Shown here piece by piece: positions 60,269 through 64,000 of a stretch of 64,000 nt of DNA (positions are counted from its first letter, which is position 1; each line of letters starts with the position of its first letter). Below the pieces are notes generated by a model that had not been told where the DNA came from, ran no database searches, and was given only the letters and a program-made list of their open reading frames with translations. The stretch is from positions 192,001-256,000 of the forward strand of contig CAWEXU010000004.1 of NCBI GenBank assembly GCA_963813075.1, in the 5' to 3' direction. Both the position numbers and the translations under genes were made by a program. The stretch is from Methanotrichaceae archaeon. Lineage in GTDB: Archaea; Halobacteriota; Methanosarcinia; Methanotrichales; Methanotrichaceae.

Positions 60269-60676
60269 TCAGGCGGTGATCTTGGTCCTGGCTATATACT
60301 TGATCAGCTCCGGGCCGAGTCTGGCCTTCTTCTGAATCTGGCTTGCCACCTCGTCCATGCTAGCGCCGCTGGCTGCAAGAGACCTGATCTCCTCAATGGT
60401 GGTATCATCCACGGTGAAGTACTCATCCAGGTCTTTTCTGTGTCCCCAGACATCGCCCTCTAATAGCTCGATGCCCTGCATATCAAGGAAAACCTGAATG
60501 GCATTGGACATGGTCTTGCGGTAGGAGGGTGGCACCTGAATCATTCTGAGTCGTGGGCATCTCTGCATCAAGTTGAGAAAATCTACATTGCTTGCCCTGA
60601 AAGCCAGATGGACTGTCTTCTCATTTGGATTGAGGTTTGGTATCTCGTTTCTGGCGCTGACAACTCTGAGTCTCAT
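60269..60676 (-). CDS. DUF1699 family protein
   Basis: MRLRVVS..EI.NLNPNE..VHLAFRASN.D, LLEGDVWGHRKDL.EY. Confidence 0.88.
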   Translation of the reverse strand: MRLRVVSARNEIPNLNPNEKTVHLAFRASNVDFLNLMQRCPRLRMIQVPPSYRKTMSNAIQVFLDMQGIELLEGDVWGHRKDLDEYFTVDDTTIEEIRSLAASGASMDEVASQIQKKARLGPELIKYIARTKITA

Positions 60677-61184
60677 CTTTTATCACTCCAATCTTAAAAA
60701 CGCATTAGTATTATTAATAGACACTTTCGCTGTACACTTCTGTACAAATCGATTTCAAGAGACCTTAATAGCGGCAAAAATTTAGTTCATCTGTTCTTTT
60801 GAGCTGGTGGGGTAGAGGATTTTCTCTTCCTACTACCAATGTCGAATAGGCCGGGGTTCAGGACAAAACTACTCATAAAAGATATCAGGAGTCATACTGA
60901 TTCGCTTTGCGATAAGTTCTGCCAGCCTATTGGAGGATACTGGAAATCAATTCTCAAAAAAAGGTTTTCAAGCAACAACTAGCAAAGAAAAATTATGTAA
61001 ATGTGCCGGGAGGGGCAAAATTTAGTTATTCAATGAGATTTTTAGGACTTCACAGCTGAAAAAATCAGGCATCGCGATCTCATGAAAGCTCTTGATTATC
61101 ATCAACCAGCCAGAACTTCGATCGATGCCATTGATTCATTAGGCGAAGGGATTTTAAAGAGGGACCAATTAAGAGGTGATCTTT

Positions 61185-62891
61185 ATGGGCAGGGTAATGC
61201 TTACGGAAACGGTTTTTAGAGATGCTCATCAGTCTCTGCTGGCCACCAGAATGAGGACCAGGGATATGCTACCCATCGCAGAGCAGATGGACCAGGTCGG
61301 CTTCTTCTCCCTGGAGGTGTGGGGAGGAGCTACATTCGATACTTGCATACGCTATCTGAATGAAGATCCCTGGGAGAGGCTGAGGGCTCTTAAGAAAGCC
61401 ATGCCTAACACCCCGATGCAGATGCTGCTTCGCGGGCAGAACCTGGTTGGTTACAGGCATTATGCAGATGATATAGTGGACAGATTTGTGGAGAAGGCAG
61501 CAAAGAATGGTGTCGACATCTTCAGGATTTTTGATGCGGTCAATGATATACGAAATATGGAGCGATCGATAAAAGCGGCCAAGAAGATGGACCGGCACGT
61601 CCAGGCCGGAATCAGCTACACCATCAGCCCCGTGCACAGCAATGAGCAATTTGCACAATTCGCCGTCCAGCTGGCAGAGCTTGGATGCGACTCCATCTGC
61701 ATCAAGGACATGGCCGGGCTGATCACCCCCAAAAATGCCTATGACCTCATCCGGACAATCAAAAAGGAGGTCAACCTCCCGGTGAACCTGCACACCCACT
61801 GCACCAGCGGCATGGCCCAGATGAGCTACTTCCATGCCTGCCAGGCAGGGGCGGATATACTGGATGTGGCCATGTCTCCTCTCTCCGGCGGCAGCTCACA
61901 GCCGGCCACAGAGAGCCTGGTGGCTGCTCTGCAGGGCACACCCTATGATACCGGCCTGGATCTGGAGCTTTTGACTGAGATCAAGAGATACTTCGAACGG
62001 ATCATGGAGATCTATGCCCCCGTATTCAACCCCATCTCCGCCCGGGTGGACACCAATGTCCTTGCTTATCAGGTTCCGGGCGGCATGCTCTCCAACCTGG
62101 TCAGCCAGCTAAATGAGCAGAAGGCCATGGACAAGTACGAAGAGGTGCTGGCGGAGATACCCAGGGTGCGCAAGGATTTGGGATATCCACCCCTGGTCAC
62201 CCCCACCAGCCAGATCGTCGGCACTCAGGCGGTCTTGAATGTGGTCACCGGCGATCGCTACAAGATGGTTCCCAAAGAGGTCAAGGACTATGTCAAGGGA
62301 CTGTATGGAAAGTCGCCCGCCATGATCGACCCCAAGGTGAGGATCAAGGTCCTGTGCGATGAGGATGCTGTCACGGTGCGGCCTGCAGACCTGTTGCCGC
62401 CGGAGTATGAGTCGGCGAGAAAGGCGGTCGACGCCCTGGGCCTGGCCAGACAGGAGGAGGATTACCTCACCTATGCCCTCTATCCTCAGGTGGCTCTGAA
62501 GTTCCTCAAAGGAGCGGCAGTCGAGGAGCCCCTGGTCAAAAAAGAGATGGTATCGGACCTGAGCGCTTCCCTCAAGGGCGAGCCCATGGCCCTCAATGTC
62601 GAGATCGATGGCGAGGCTTATCTGGTCAAGGTGGCCCCGGCGGGCATGACCATTCAGGAGGCCCAGCCCAAGGCTCCCACGGATGGGGTGACCGTTCCCA
62701 TGCAGGGTGTGGTCATCCGCTATGTGGTCAAGAAGGGCGATAAGGTGACCAAAGGAGATCCAGTAGCCGTCCTGGAAGCGATGAAGATGGAGCAGAATAT
62801 CCTGGCCAATAAAGATGGCAAGGTAAAAGAGGTGTACGTCAAAGAGGGCACCACAGTCGCTCCCGGCGATGTCTTGATATCCATTGAGTAG
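61185..62891 (+). CDS. pycB: Pyruvate carboxylase subunit B / oxaloacetate decarboxylase alpha-like (carboxyltransferase plus biotin carrier)
   Basis: RDAHQSLLATRMR, WGGATFD, IKDMAG, PPLVTPTSQIVG, biotinylation motif EAMKM. Confidence 0.93.
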   Translation: MGRVMLTETVFRDAHQSLLATRMRTRDMLPIAEQMDQVGFFSLEVWGGATFDTCIRYLNEDPWERLRALKKAMPNTPMQMLLRGQNLVGYRHYADDIVDRFVEKAAKNGVDIFRIFDAVNDIRNMERSIKAAKKMDRHVQAGISYTISPVHSNEQFAQFAVQLAELGCDSICIKDMAGLITPKNAYDLIRTIKKEVNLPVNLHTHCTSGMAQMSYFHACQAGADILDVAMSPLSGGSSQPATESLVAALQGTPYDTGLDLELLTEIKRYFERIMEIYAPVFNPISARVDTNVLAYQVPGGMLSNLVSQLNEQKAMDKYEEVLAEIPRVRKDLGYPPLVTPTSQIVGTQAVLNVVTGDRYKMVPKEVKDYVKGLYGKSPAMIDPKVRIKVLCDEDAVTVRPADLLPPEYESARKAVDALGLARQEEDYLTYALYPQVALKFLKGAAVEEPLVKKEMVSDLSASLKGEPMALNVEIDGEAYLVKVAPAGMTIQEAQPKAPTDGVTVPMQGVVIRYVVKKGDKVTKGDPVAVLEAMKMEQNILANKDGKVKEVYVKEGTTVAPGDVLISIE

Positions 62892-62919
62892 ATCATCCCG
62901 GATCAAAGAGGTATGCAAT

Positions 62920-63796
62920 TTGACAGTTAAGAGAGAACAGGTGCTCATCGAGGCTCTGCCTTACATTCGGGAGTTCTACGATTCCATCATGGTCTTCAAG
63001 ATCGGCGGCTCGATCATGTCCGATACTGCGGTGCTTGAGGATTTCATCCAGGATGTGGTGCTATTGCGCTACATAGGCATTCATCCCATCATCGTTCACG
63101 GCGGGGGCCCCGAGATCTCTCAGGCCATGGAGAAGTTCGGCAAGAAGGCGGAGTTCGTGGGTGGCCTGCGCGTGACCGACCGGGAGACGCTGGGCATAGC
63201 CAGGATGGTGCTCCTCGGCAACATCAATGCAGAGCTTGTCAACCTTATCGGCAAGCATGGAGGCAAAGGCATCGGCCTATCCGGCCAGGACGGCATGTTC
63301 CTGAAGGCCCGGAAGAAGGCTCTGCAGATGGTGGAAGGAAAGGAGCCCGTGGATCTGGGATTTGTGGGTGATGTGGAGAAGGTGGACCCCGAGATCCTGA
63401 TGATCATGGCCGGAAAGGGCTACATCCCGGTTATATCCCCCATTGCCGCCGATGGACCAGGGAAATAACTTCAATGTCAATGCCGACACTGCAGCCGGAG
63501 CGGTGGCCATAGCCATGAGGGCGAAGAAGTTCTTCTCCATCACCGATGTGGAGGGGGTGCGCATGAACCCGGATGATCCGGCGAGCGTCATCTCCGAGTT
63601 TCCTGCGTCGGACTTCGGCCGGCTGGTGGCGGAGGGGATAATCAAGGGGGGAATGATCCCCAAGGTTGAGGCATGTGTATCTGTGGTGCGGGGCGGAGTG
63701 GAAAAGGCGCACATAATCGACGGCAGAAAGCACCATGCCATCCTGCTGGAACTGCTTACCACTGAAGGCATAGGGACCATGATCAGCAGAAGCTGA
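62920..63796 (+). CDS. argB: Acetylglutamate kinase; +1 frame break near 63454
   Basis: EALPYI, KIGGS, VHGGGPEI, GLRVTD, then NVNADTAA, GGMIPKV, ELLTTEGIGT in the next frame. Confidence 0.93.
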
Positions 63797-64000
63797 AATT
63801 GAAAGGGAATTTCAGCAATAAAGGGCTATTCAATGATGGCAGGTTGCTGCCCATCCTCCCTTTATTGACATATTGAGATGCTGTTTTATACTCTTCTGCC
63901 CACTCGATCATTCTTTCAGCCGTCAAGGGCCTGGCAATGAATCGCCCTCGTGGCCCTCATCCACCGCCGGCTTTGCCTCCTCAGGGCTGATTTTCCCGGT

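Noticed and set aside
63800..64000. Possible 3' end of a minus-strand gene entering from beyond the window
   Set aside because: Too little sequence to choose a frame or a product

Overview
Archaeal chromosomal DNA, most likely from a Methanothrix (Methanosaeta)-like methanogen. This is inferred from TBP, archaeal ribosomal proteins, a DUF1699 gene, a class II HMG-CoA reductase and the style of the secreted TPR/NosD proteins. Most of the window is housekeeping: a CBS-CBS-RNA ligase-TIGR00300 cluster, an intron-containing tRNA-Thr(CGT), tbp, polB, alaS, nob1, ABCE1/Rli1, the rps19e-rpl39e-rpl31e-aIF6-rpl18a-pfdA-ftsY cluster, pyrBI, slyD, pheA, hmgA, aroK, chorismate mutase, purE, pycB and argB. 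There are two accessory regions. The first (about 15.7-19.4 kb) holds a TPR gene, hicB/hicA, a decayed IS200/IS605 element (tnpA plus a tnpB stub, joined to a truncated hicA) and an orphan DUF433 antitoxin. The second (about 26.7-38.3 kb) is an AT-rich surface-glycan island with a SET-domain methyltransferase at its edge. Six frame breaks in five genes (polB, two DUF2207 paralogues, a nitroreductase, argB) are all +1 shifts, which most likely reflects sequencing insertions. I cannot demonstrate a new system. The best leads are the SET methyltransferase, a stand-alone PD-(D/E)XK-like protein in a metabolic gene run, the CBS/Rnl3 cluster beside a minimal tRNA intron, an unannotated 36-aa membrane peptide, an apparent ATT start codon and a GSEH repeat expansion in an epimerase. 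All family assignments come from motif recognition; no database search was run.
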